DNA of 64,000 bases, taken from contig ML992510.1 in the NCBI GenBank assembly GCA_010093995.1, forward strand, positions 137,504 through 201,503. Reading direction: 5' to 3'. How positions within the stretch are numbered: the first letter of the stretch is position 1; each line of letters begins with the position of its first letter. Made by a program: the position numbers and the translations under genes. The DNA comes from Elsinoe ampelina. Taxonomy: Eukaryota. The notes below the pieces were generated by a model. It saw only the letters and a program-made list of their open reading frames with translations, made no database searches and was not told where the DNA came from. Below are positions 49,320-58,703 of this stretch, piece after piece.

Positions 49320-49540
49320 ATGGCGCGTGCAGATGTTCTGCATCAACAACGAAAAAGGGACGATCAAGATCGGCACAAGCTGGAACGTGATAGGCAAGAA
49401 ATACAGGACGTCATCGCCAGAGGAGAGAAGAGCAACTTTGAGTGGACTTTGGAAGAGGCACAATTCGCGACGGCTTGTGCGGATCGGGGCGACCTGCGAT
49501 AATTCTTGACAATGACCGACAAGAAATGTAAAGGAGCAGG
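49320..49540 (+). pseudogene. Array member 3, C-terminal relic
   Basis: ...IQDVIARGEKSNFEWTLEEAQFATACADRGDLR*FLTM matches the family C-terminal motif. In-frame TAA at 49500-49502. No intact N-terminal QYxxD motif was found upstream. Confidence 0.65.
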
Positions 49541-50264
49541 TCTGGAGATCCGACCTAGTGTTGTCAGTTCCAGCAACTTTCTGCCAAAGTCAAGCAGACG
49601 GTATACCCCAAAGCGTAGGAGCCCGCTTGCCCCGAGTATGATGGCTGATGAGGACACTTGCACCCTGCAAAGAACGAGGAGTGCATCTAGAGGACGGGAA
49701 ATACACATACCATTACAAGATACCTATGTCCCTCAAGGGAGACCATTGCGATGACAATAGCCATGATTCATTTCACCATTCTGCGTTGAGCCTCGAGCTG
49801 GCGTTGGCGATGTAGGATCAGAGGTGGTGGTGTTGTTCATCCGAGGTGAACCTTTTAGCCATGGCTTCACTATGGCGAAAGAAGCCTAGCGTCCTTGGTC
49901 TTTGTAAGCACACCTTGAGATGTCCTTGGCTGCTTCCTGGGCGTGAGATTATGGCGTCGGGGAGGGGGGTGGTCTGGCCAATCACAAGCCTTGCTTACTT
50001 TATCCCCTTCCATCACCACAAAAGTTGCGGTCCTCCATCTACTTGCAATTCCAAATGTCGAAGGCTGGTTCATCATTGGATAGTCTTGGCTGATGTTGCT
50101 AGGTAATTGAGAGCTGAAATGTAATCAGTGCATGGTAGGTATTACTCCGCACGGGCAGAGCATCCCAGAGGTATAAAATGGATCCATTGTCCTTCGAGAT
50201 GACAGCGCCAAAGTGAACCACACTACTCAAGAAGGACTTCAAACACACTACATCGCTAAAAAAA

Positions 50265-50894
50265 ATGCTCTACGTACTGTTCACGGCCACAGTGCGAGAG
50301 GAACAGAGTACTCTGTCCGATCAATACTACAGCACACTGCAACCAATAGTTCGGCGAATCGAGGGGTTCGTTGACGAGACGCCCTTTGCAGATCCCTCTC
50401 GACCAAATGGCCAACTCCTACTGGCACGATTCGACGATGAAGATGCAATCGCAAGGTGGAGGAACAGTCCAACACATCTGAGGATCATGCATCACGCACG
50501 CCACGACATCTTCGAAGACTTCAGGGTAACCATTGGCACCGATCTGCCTGACGCTTCCGCCGAGTCGTATCAAGACGCCCGGATGATCGTTGTACATCAA
50601 ACGCCATCACTTGGGGTTCCAAGTACGGATCCGGAGCAAGAAGCACCCTCTTTGGTAACGACGGATAGGCAGATGGAGACTTCGGAGTCATTCATTGGAG
50701 CATCATCTGCCTTGAAAGTTTGGCGACTGAAGACCAAGGCGGAGGTGCAGCACTTGGAAGCCTCGCTCGCGCGTTTGCCCAACGACAGTGTCTATAAAAT
50801 TCATGTGGTTCGAGAGTACGGCAAGAACGAGCGTAAGGAGGCGCCAGCGGGGGTCGATGAAGCAGAGGCTGCTGCCGCTAGCAGGAAAGCATGA
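50265..50894 (+). CDS. Dimeric alpha-beta barrel protein, antibiotic biosynthesis monooxygenase (ABM)-like
   Basis: IEGFV...LLARFDDEDAIARWRNSPTHLRIMHHARHDIFEDFRV and VVREYGKNERKEAP resemble ABM-family proteins. TATAAA lies about 90 nt upstream of the ATG. Confidence 0.7.
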   Translation: MLYVLFTATVREEQSTLSDQYYSTLQPIVRRIEGFVDETPFADPSRPNGQLLLARFDDEDAIARWRNSPTHLRIMHHARHDIFEDFRVTIGTDLPDASAESYQDARMIVVHQTPSLGVPSTDPEQEAPSLVTTDRQMETSESFIGASSALKVWRLKTKAEVQHLEASLARLPNDSVYKIHVVREYGKNERKEAPAGVDEAEAAAASRKA

Positions 50895-51373
50895 TTGGCA
50901 ATCTAGGATATGCAAGTATGCGTGACCTACGAGTAAATGGATCGGAATATCATGCATTTTCGCTGCAGGATCTGAGATACATCCCCGAAAAAGTTCGTCT
51001 CTGTATTTATCCATTCATCTATCGTCCCGAGCTGACCGACTGCATGTATCTTCTCGTTTATGCATATACCCGAGCACATTTCATCCTGCTTCTTCGGTAC
51101 GACACATGAGGTTGGCTGGCTCGCGCCGGTCACATGGAAGGTAGCAGCAAGTGAACGTGCAATGCGGGACGTCAAAGTGCATGTTGACCGCCGTGAATGT
51201 GCCTTTACGGCGCTTGTAGCTTGATGTGATAGGGTGCGGCTCCATACAACAGGTATGGATGGCCAACGAAATCGCTTGAAGCAACAATGCCGACTCCTCG
51301 AAGCACGACAGCTATCGTTCATAAGAGCAGCATCGGGTGTCTAGAATCCGGAAGCAGAAAACCCATTCCCATC

Positions 51374-52192
51374 ATGTCTCAACTCCCAGCACTCCACCTG
51401 ACCCCTTCTCATCAAGCGCCCCAAATCCACCTCGGCGCTCTCGGTGCCACCGACCTCACCCTCTCCTCCCCCACCTTCGCCACCCAAACATCCGACGCCC
51501 AATTCGCAATCCAATACTACCACGACTGGCGCGCCATATCCGAAGAACTTGCGATCGAGGACTGGCTCCTCACCCACACCGACACCCCCTGGCCACCCAC
51601 CACTCCCACCTCTCACCCCTCCACCCTCCACTGCCGCGACCCCCGCCTCGACGACGGCTCACTCCACCTCTACACCCACCTCCCCACCCTCACCGCCTCC
51701 ACCCTCCGCCCCTCCCTCGCCGACCTCCCCCACTTCACCCCCCTGCTCCACGCCCAAAACACGCTCCTCTCGCAACGCCAACTCCTCTCCGACGCCCGTG
51801 CGACCTCCGACGCGAACACAGCGCAATCCGCCATCCAAGACGCGTGGAGCACAATCACGAAGCTGGAATCGCGAGCGAAGAGGTTCAGAGAAGCGGATGA
51901 GGAGACGCGGAGAGTCAAGATCGCGAGAAGGAAAGAGGAGGCGTTGGCGCTGTTTACGGCTTCGTTGGAGGAGGGCATTTATTGGAGCGAGGGGGAGGTG
52001 GGGGAGATGGTGGGGTGTCATGGTCGGGGGGATTTGGAGAGGGTGGGGGAGATGATGAGGGGGAGGGGGTTGAGGGGGGGTTCGCTGGGGAGGGGGGGGG
52101 GATGTTGTGGGGGGTGCATAGGGGGGAGTGCGTGTGGGCTGTGTTTGGCAAATTTTGCGTGGGGGTTGGGAGAAAGGGTTTGGCTTGTGTGA
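51374..52192 (+). CDS. Array member 4 (RxxSE subtype)
   Basis: MSQLPALH...PTFATQTSDAQFAIQYYHDWRAISEE...TLHCRDPRLDDGSLHLY...EGIYWSEGEVGEMVGCHGRGDL. The 3' end lies in G-homopolymers, so the stop is uncertain. Confidence 0.85.
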   Translation: MSQLPALHLTPSHQAPQIHLGALGATDLTLSSPTFATQTSDAQFAIQYYHDWRAISEELAIEDWLLTHTDTPWPPTTPTSHPSTLHCRDPRLDDGSLHLYTHLPTLTASTLRPSLADLPHFTPLLHAQNTLLSQRQLLSDARATSDANTAQSAIQDAWSTITKLESRAKRFREADEETRRVKIARRKEEALALFTASLEEGIYWSEGEVGEMVGCHGRGDLERVGEMMRGRGLRGGSLGRGGGCCGGCIGGSACGLCLANFAWGLGERVWLV

Positions 52193-52516
52193 CGCGATTG
52201 GTGTTTGTGCTCAGGCGGTTGGATGAAGTGGTGAGTGGCTCGGGAAGGTGGTACGGCTTGTGAGTATGTTGGGTTTGTGGTCACTTGTACGACGGAGAGC
52301 TGCATGGCCGCTTCGCCAGCCCAGATGACTGGAGTGTCCGGTCCACCCATCCACATTGATGTGATTTGTGCCATTGCAGGCAGAAGTTGGGCAGCTCAAA
52401 GGAACTTTGGTCAGCAGGTCTGATCTGTTACCATGTCTATAGCGACCATATATACTTACAATCGGCTTCTTACCTCTCTTTAAAGCGTTATCTAGCCCTT
52501 CTTCGATCACGTGAAC

Positions 52517-53254
52517 ATGTCGTCCCTCCCAGCGCTACAGCCAGTACCCGAGGTTCCTGAAGGGCAGCCGGCCGGTCAAGTCATCCAAGGATGTCTGTAT
52601 CCAGCCTTTTCGGCACCTACCTTTATCTTCATCACACACGACGGCAAGTTTGCGATTCAGTACTGGCACGACTGGCGAGCATCGTCTGAAGCCACCCAAA
52701 TGGACTCGTATCTCAGCGGTATCATGCGTACAGCCCGCACCTTTATCGATCAGCCCCAACGAATAATACTCCACTGTCGTGATCCCCGCATCGGGACCGG
52801 ATCACTGCATCTTTACGTGACGCTGTTTAAGAGTACTTTGCAAGAAATCAGGCAAACAATGCGACAGTTACCACGCTACTCCGGTCTGCTGAGATTACAG
52901 GAGTCGATCCGGGAGAAGAGGGACCTGTACAACCTTTTGATTCCGGACACCGCTGAGCAACAAGCTGTAAAGGCCGAGGCGTTGGCTGAGATCGATGAGC
53001 TGAAAATTGTGCATGAGCGGTTCCGAAGAGATAGGCAGGATGCCGAAAAGGATGCCGAGAGGACGATCAGGACGCGGAATGAGAAGATTCAGGAGTTGTA
53101 TGCTTGGTCGGTGATCAATGAGGGGAATTGGTCTGTTGAGGAGAATGCTGAGGTGACAGCCTGTGAGCATCGAGGCGATTTGGCGCGTATGAAGGAGATC
53201 ATACAGGAGCGAAAGGCAAGGAAGGAAGCATTGATAGGGGCTTTGATAGCTTAA
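52517..53254 (+). CDS. Array member 5 (RxxSE subtype)
   Basis: MSSLPALQ...PTFIFITHDGKFAIQYWHDWRASSE...ILHCRDPRIGTGSLHLY...EGNWSVEENAEVTACEHRGDL. Confidence 0.88.
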   Translation: MSSLPALQPVPEVPEGQPAGQVIQGCLYPAFSAPTFIFITHDGKFAIQYWHDWRASSEATQMDSYLSGIMRTARTFIDQPQRIILHCRDPRIGTGSLHLYVTLFKSTLQEIRQTMRQLPRYSGLLRLQESIREKRDLYNLLIPDTAEQQAVKAEALAEIDELKIVHERFRRDRQDAEKDAERTIRTRNEKIQELYAWSVINEGNWSVEENAEVTACEHRGDLARMKEIIQERKARKEALIGALIA

Positions 53255-54149
53255 CCTTGAATTCTACCATCAAGGCCCATGTCGGCAATGTCGGTGCGGA
53301 CGAGAAACGCGTCATTCTGCGGTGGGCCTTGACGATAATTTGTGCATAAGCTTTAACTGTGGCGTGCTAGAAGACGACCCGAAAATGTGACACTGGCCAT
53401 GTCATCGATGATGGTGTTGTGAGCTTGGGACGCTCTGCTGAGCAAGGCAGGTACCTTTCCAGATCATGTGCTGATCTTGCAGGTACTTGTCACGTTGCTC
53501 CAACGGATGCCGGTATCCAGGGAGACATATCGGCAGGATTGTACATACATGCCACAGACAAGATCAACCAGATACTGGCTATCCTATTGTGGTCAACGCA
53601 GACGAGAACCTGTAGTCTGAATCCACGAAGCCAATCATCCCCTTGTGATGGCTTGAGATGGCCTCAGGCAAGCGTTTCACAGTAAATTCTCGTGATCGCA
53701 ATCCGGCCTTGTGCACAACCTTGAGCAAACCAGAACTTCAGGTCGTACCAAATGTCGTGTCCTACGGAACGACTGGCGCGCCTTGACAAGACAATTGACA
53801 TTTGATCTCAGGATTTATCCATATTGTTGTCGACTGAAGTGCTTGTATGTTGACTGACACAATGCGATACGTGCGGAAGAAGCTGATCCAATGCTTGCCA
53901 AAAGTCATGCTTCGTACCACTATGATTGTGGTACAGCTTACACAACTTCGTGAGGCAGGTCGAGTGCGCTCGCTGTGCTCAATTCACTGTAAAGAGCATC
54001 ACTAGCCAGTCGGCGGTTTGCTGGACGTGGAAATATAAGCGGGTTCAAGGAAGGGCTATGGTCTGGTTCAGAGTGCAGAACGAGTCCTCCCACGTCCTAC
54101 GACCGCCTCGACAACGCATCTCTGACTTCTTCCAACCAAGTCAATCACT

Positions 54150-54854
54150 ATGTCGGCGACTGATATCAGCGGTTTCGAATGTCCAACACATAAAATCCAG
54201 ACGCAGGACGGACTGGTGGTCGTCCAGTACTGGAACGATCTTCGAGTGCCATCAGAACTTGTCAACATCGACAATTACCTCTTGGACGATGAGAAGGTCG
54301 TCTGGTCGCCGGACTCCAGCGGGACAAAGATCATCATCCATTGTCGCGATCCGGATTTCATTCCAGAGCGGCGTCCCTTAGGCGTCAGAGCAGTGTTGGA
54401 GAGGGCAGCGGCAGTGGATGCAAAGGCCGCTTTCGAGCATCTCGGTCGATACTTCGATTTGCGGACCTGCAGGCATCAGATCCACAATTGCCAACAGGAG
54501 ATCGCTAACACCACCGACCCGGTCAAAAGGGATGAATGGGTCAGGAATCTCGAGAAGGCAAGAGATCAGCTAAGAAGTATTATGGACGACTTGGCCACCC
54601 AACGGAGCCGAAAAGAAGGTAGCGATGCCGCTTTGCTCCATAGCAGGAGGGACAGTATTAATCAAGGTCTGAATCAGCTCGCGCAAGAAGGCATTCAATG
54701 GGCTGCGGACGAGCTCGAGCTCATCAATTCCTGGCTAAGGCGTGGAGATTTACCCTCATTCCGTCGCTTGGTTCAAAGAAGGAGATTACAGATGCGCGGC
54801 GGTCGACTAACTCGAAGGGGGTCCCAAGAAGCCCGCAGGGGCGGACGACGATAG
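54150..54854 (+). CDS. Array member 6 (RxxSE subtype)
   Basis: PTHKIQTQDGLVVVQYWNDLRVPSE...IIHCRDPDF...EGIQWAADELELINSWLRRGDL. Confidence 0.88.
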   Translation: MSATDISGFECPTHKIQTQDGLVVVQYWNDLRVPSELVNIDNYLLDDEKVVWSPDSSGTKIIIHCRDPDFIPERRPLGVRAVLERAAAVDAKAAFEHLGRYFDLRTCRHQIHNCQQEIANTTDPVKRDEWVRNLEKARDQLRSIMDDLATQRSRKEGSDAALLHSRRDSINQGLNQLAQEGIQWAADELELINSWLRRGDLPSFRRLVQRRRLQMRGGRLTRRGSQEARRGGRR

Positions 54855-55293
54855 AGTCGGTCGGTCGTCGACAGGCTCGTGTCAGATTCAGGAGAAGTGA
54901 TTGCGAGTGCTTGAGGATGAGGCAGCTGCGGGCTCAGCTTTGTCGAAATCGTTAGCGCCTTCCTATATACGTTGTGGAGGTCAAAGCGGGAAGTTGGGGG
55001 TTGCTTGAGCAAGACATCAGCTTCTCTTCTCATACCTGCCCCTCTACTATAGCCCGCTCACATGCATAGTTCTACTTCCACATTACTATATTGATTCACC
55101 GTCGTTTGAGATTATGTTGCCAGCGGGACGACCTACCCATATATTTACTCACAGTCCTGAGGTAGAACATAGATATTAGAACTACTTGGCAGCATCAACG
55201 TTTCCTTCGTTGAACCCACACAACCCAGCGTCCTATCGCCACAACGCAGAAATGAGTCGTCGAGAACAGACCATGGGTCCTTAGCTCGGCCAA

Positions 55294-56556
55294 ATGTCTC
55301 CACGGCCATGGACTCGACCGGGGCAGCATCGGAGCGCGTATCTTGTGTTACCTCCCATCCAGTCTCAGGGCCGACCTGACCGCCAGGAATCGATTTCGAG
55401 CGGCTCGAAGACCCCAAGTACGCTCGTAGAGTCACACAAGTCAGAGGGTAGCAACGACTCTCAAGCCGACAGGCAAGACGAATCAGCAATCTCGGACCGC
55501 AGCACGCTCCCATGGAGCGCAACTTGGCAATGGCCACAGGATCTATCAACAGGATCGGCGGCCTTCAGACACACTGCTCAACCAGCAGGTGGAAGAGAGC
55601 AGGAAAATACTGCACAGTCACGACCCATATCCGAAGTGTCCGGCAATGATATGCCAATCCAAGGTCGGCCAGAACAAGACGAAGGTAATGTTCAGCAGCG
55701 AGGTGGAGTCGACCCAAGAAGCTTTCTTCCACAACCGAGAGTGCCGCAGAGTCACCGCATTCCCCAATCTGTCACACGGCCGACAGAATCTGCGAACTGG
55801 CAGCGAACGGAGCGGGTAGCATCAACCCCTCGCATGGCCACGGTTCAAGCCGGCCAGCTTGTTTCCCACAAACTGTACACTTGTCCGACATTCTACTTCG
55901 AATCTCATGGCGGGAGGATCGTGATACAATACTGGGCTGATTTCAGAGCGCCGTCCGAAATGGTAGAAGCCATCAGGATCATGCTTGAGTCAGACGACGA
56001 CACATCGTGCTCGAATCGGCGTACACTCCACTGCCGAGATCCGAAATGGAGGCACGTGGACATATATGAGCCTGACGAAAAGACCAGGAACTGGTTCTCC
56101 CTTCCCCCGATCTTGGCCACAGTGAGAACACCTTGTCAAATGCGAACAATCCTTGGAAGGCATCGAAAGTTCATCAGGCTGACCGAGATCCGAATGGAGA
56201 ATACCAGGATCGACATGGAGCTCAATGATAGCCCTGTTGCCGGCAATCGATTCCAGGAGCAACGGGATTATAACCAGGTTCAAGAGGATAAAATTACGAG
56301 ATCCTGGCTACAGGAGGTACTGAAAGCGTGGTTCTCTGTTGACGTCTTCATCCGCAATACCAACGACGAGATCAATCTGTTCATCAGGCGGGCTGAAGCT
56401 CGCGGTGTGGTGGTGACGCCCGAGATGAAGGCCGTGATTGACGACTGTCGGAGGAGGGGCGACGATGACACTGTCTTTAAGCTTCTGAGGCAGGAGGGGC
56501 TCGGAGTCGTGAGCGCGAACGAGTTGGCAGGAGTCTTTGCCGGAATGAGAGCGTAG
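55294..56556 (+). CDS. Array member 7 (RxxSE subtype) with a ~180-aa low-complexity N-terminal extension; alternative start 55834
   Basis: PTFYFESHGGRIVIQYWADFRAPSE...TLHCRDPKW...RGVVVTPEMKAVIDDCRRRGDD. Confidence 0.85.
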   Translation: MSPRPWTRPGQHRSAYLVLPPIQSQGRPDRQESISSGSKTPSTLVESHKSEGSNDSQADRQDESAISDRSTLPWSATWQWPQDLSTGSAAFRHTAQPAGGREQENTAQSRPISEVSGNDMPIQGRPEQDEGNVQQRGGVDPRSFLPQPRVPQSHRIPQSVTRPTESANWQRTERVASTPRMATVQAGQLVSHKLYTCPTFYFESHGGRIVIQYWADFRAPSEMVEAIRIMLESDDDTSCSNRRTLHCRDPKWRHVDIYEPDEKTRNWFSLPPILATVRTPCQMRTILGRHRKFIRLTEIRMENTRIDMELNDSPVAGNRFQEQRDYNQVQEDKITRSWLQEVLKAWFSVDVFIRNTNDEINLFIRRAEARGVVVTPEMKAVIDDCRRRGDDDTVFKLLRQEGLGVVSANELAGVFAGMRA

Positions 56557-57008
56557 TCATCACCAATGTTGGAAATTCTTCCTTGCCTGCTCTTCTTGAA
56601 GTGCTGTGCCAATCAATGTGATTGATGATTGGCTTGTCCAGAATGGTCCGACGTGGCGATTTCCAACTCTGTTAAGCAGCCCTTGATACTGCGATAGCTC
56701 GGACATGATTCGAAAAGTAAGTCGACACTTGGGGGACAGTGATGTTAAAGGTGTAATCAGCCGTACATGGAGGAAGGCGAGATTGGTATACGGCGGTCTG
56801 ATGGAGGTGAGGAACTATTCGAGCAGTCACCTCATCCTTGAGCTTCACACGGTCTTTCACATGCTACTTCACATTCACATAGCCACACTCTCGTGATCCC
56901 AAGCAGCATGCCTCACGCCCCCCCTCACATGCATCTCTTCATCTCTACACCATCCTCTCACACACTCACATCACCAACATCTTCATTCATGCACTCACAC
57001 CACCAACC

Positions 57009-57938
57009 ATGACCTCCACAATCACTTACGTCAACCCCACCTTCTCCCTCCTCACGCCCTGCAACCGCCTCAAAGTGCAATACTACGCCGACATCCTCGC
57101 CCCCGACGAAGAGACCGTGACCGACGACTTGGCCCTCCACACCACCCTCACCCTGACCCACACCCACCGCGAGCCCCAAGTCCTGCACATCTGCGACCCG
57201 GACCTCGACGGCTTCCCCGTCCCCGAACTCCGATCCCTGGTCACCACCACCCCTCTCGCCTCCCTCAGATCCGCCCTCCGCTCCCTCCCGCGCTACGAAG
57301 AGACACGCCGCCTCGAAGCCGACTACGACAAGGAGATGCGCCTCGTTCGCCTCAAGGGACAGTTCCCCACCGGCGAGGAAAGGTGGGTGCGTGACCTCAA
57401 GGAGGCACAGGAGAGGCGACAGCGGTACCGTACCCTGCGAGCGGAGAGGAAGTTGGAGGTCGTGAAAGATCGGACGTGGGAGGGGTTTGTGGAGGAGGTA
57501 GCGGTGCCGGAAGCGAGGAAGAAGGCGGAGAGGAAGGCGAGGAGGGAGGCGGCGAGGGAGGAGGAGGAGAGGAGGTGGGATGAGGGGAGGAGGGCGAGGT
57601 TGGGTGCTGCTGTGGAGAGGAGGGCGAGGAGGATGGAGGCGGAGAGGGAGGCGGAGAGGGAGGCGGAGAGGGAGGCGGAGAGGGAGAGGGAGGCGAAGGG
57701 GAGGGAGAAGGGGAGGGTGGATTCGCCGATGCAGGATGTGAGGAGGACGTTGGCGGATTTGAATGTCTGGGAGAGGTTGGAGTGGGATGAGATTCGTGAG
57801 AGGAGGAGGGTGAGTAGGGAGGGGCCGAAGGTGGAGAAGAAGGAGAATTGGTATATGTTGAGTGCGGAGGCGAAGGGGAGGATTGTGGCCAGTGGAGGGT
57901 GGGCGGAGGTGCAGAGGAGGTATAAGCGGCAGGCGTGA
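57009..57938 (+). CDS. Array member 8 (APDE subtype) with an E/R-rich helical region
   Basis: PTFSLLTPCNRLKVQYYADILAPDEE...VLHICDPDL...LRSALRSLPRY. Confidence 0.82.
   Translation: MTSTITYVNPTFSLLTPCNRLKVQYYADILAPDEETVTDDLALHTTLTLTHTHREPQVLHICDPDLDGFPVPELRSLVTTTPLASLRSALRSLPRYEETRRLEADYDKEMRLVRLKGQFPTGEERWVRDLKEAQERRQRYRTLRAERKLEVVKDRTWEGFVEEVAVPEARKKAERKARREAAREEEERRWDEGRRARLGAAVERRARRMEAEREAEREAEREAEREREAKGREKGRVDSPMQDVRRTLADLNVWERLEWDEIRERRRVSREGPKVEKKENWYMLSAEAKGRIVASGGWAEVQRRYKRQA
57636..57683 (+). repeat. Four copies of the 12-bp coding repeat GAGGCGGAGAGG (EAER)
   Basis: Read directly from the sequence, inside array member 8. Confidence 0.9.
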
Positions 57939-58703
57939 TTGAATGTGCGGAATGGGTAGATCGGGAGAAAAATACCTATGCGTCGTGGTCGAAATCGGTA
58001 GCTGGCACGAGCAATTGCGAGAGAAGATGAGTAGACAGCCCGGGAATGGTTCAGGATGCTCTGACGAGCTGTGCAAGGCCAAATTTGCGCTGGTAGAAAA
58101 GGCAGCCAGGAGATTGTGGTGAACAAAGGGGCCACTTAATACGCAGCTCGAATGAATACCTCCAGCTGCCAATAAGGAGCAGAAACTTGTCGTCCTCATT
58201 TTGCGGTCTCTGAAGTTGTTCAATACCATGCACCTCCACGGGTATGCTTCACGAAGTCCGGTCTTCGGCATGCTGCTCCTGTCGGACGCCGGCATGAACT
58301 TGAGCACAGTCTCAAGATGTTTTTGATCTTTCTCAGCGAAAGACAGATCATGTCGTCGAGGATAAGGCACCAGAGCCATGGTTCGGAGGCCCGCTCGTGT
58401 TTGTGTTCATCTGAATGATTGGCACAACTCGAACTGGACATATGTAAAGAATTTTCCGCTGTCATACAGCCTGTCTCACATGTTTTGACGCCCAGTAAGG
58501 GCTTGCGGCGATTCGTAGGGGATGATGTCGTTGCTGCTGCTACGCTGTTGTACAAGCATGTTGGTCGCGTGAGAGGTCATAAAACGGAGTGCCTTCCTTG
58601 GGGTGTCGGCGATGCTGCTCATCACAGTCTTGCAACGCTCTCACCACCTCCATCAGCTGCGAGAGAATTGGCATACCCTGTCGACACCCGGGAACACCCA
58701 AGC

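Noticed and set aside
56958..58135. Long minus-strand ORFs (473 aa and 270 aa) overlapping array member 8
   Set aside because: Antisense shadows caused by the G/A-rich low-complexity EAER region, which lacks stop codons on the opposite strand.
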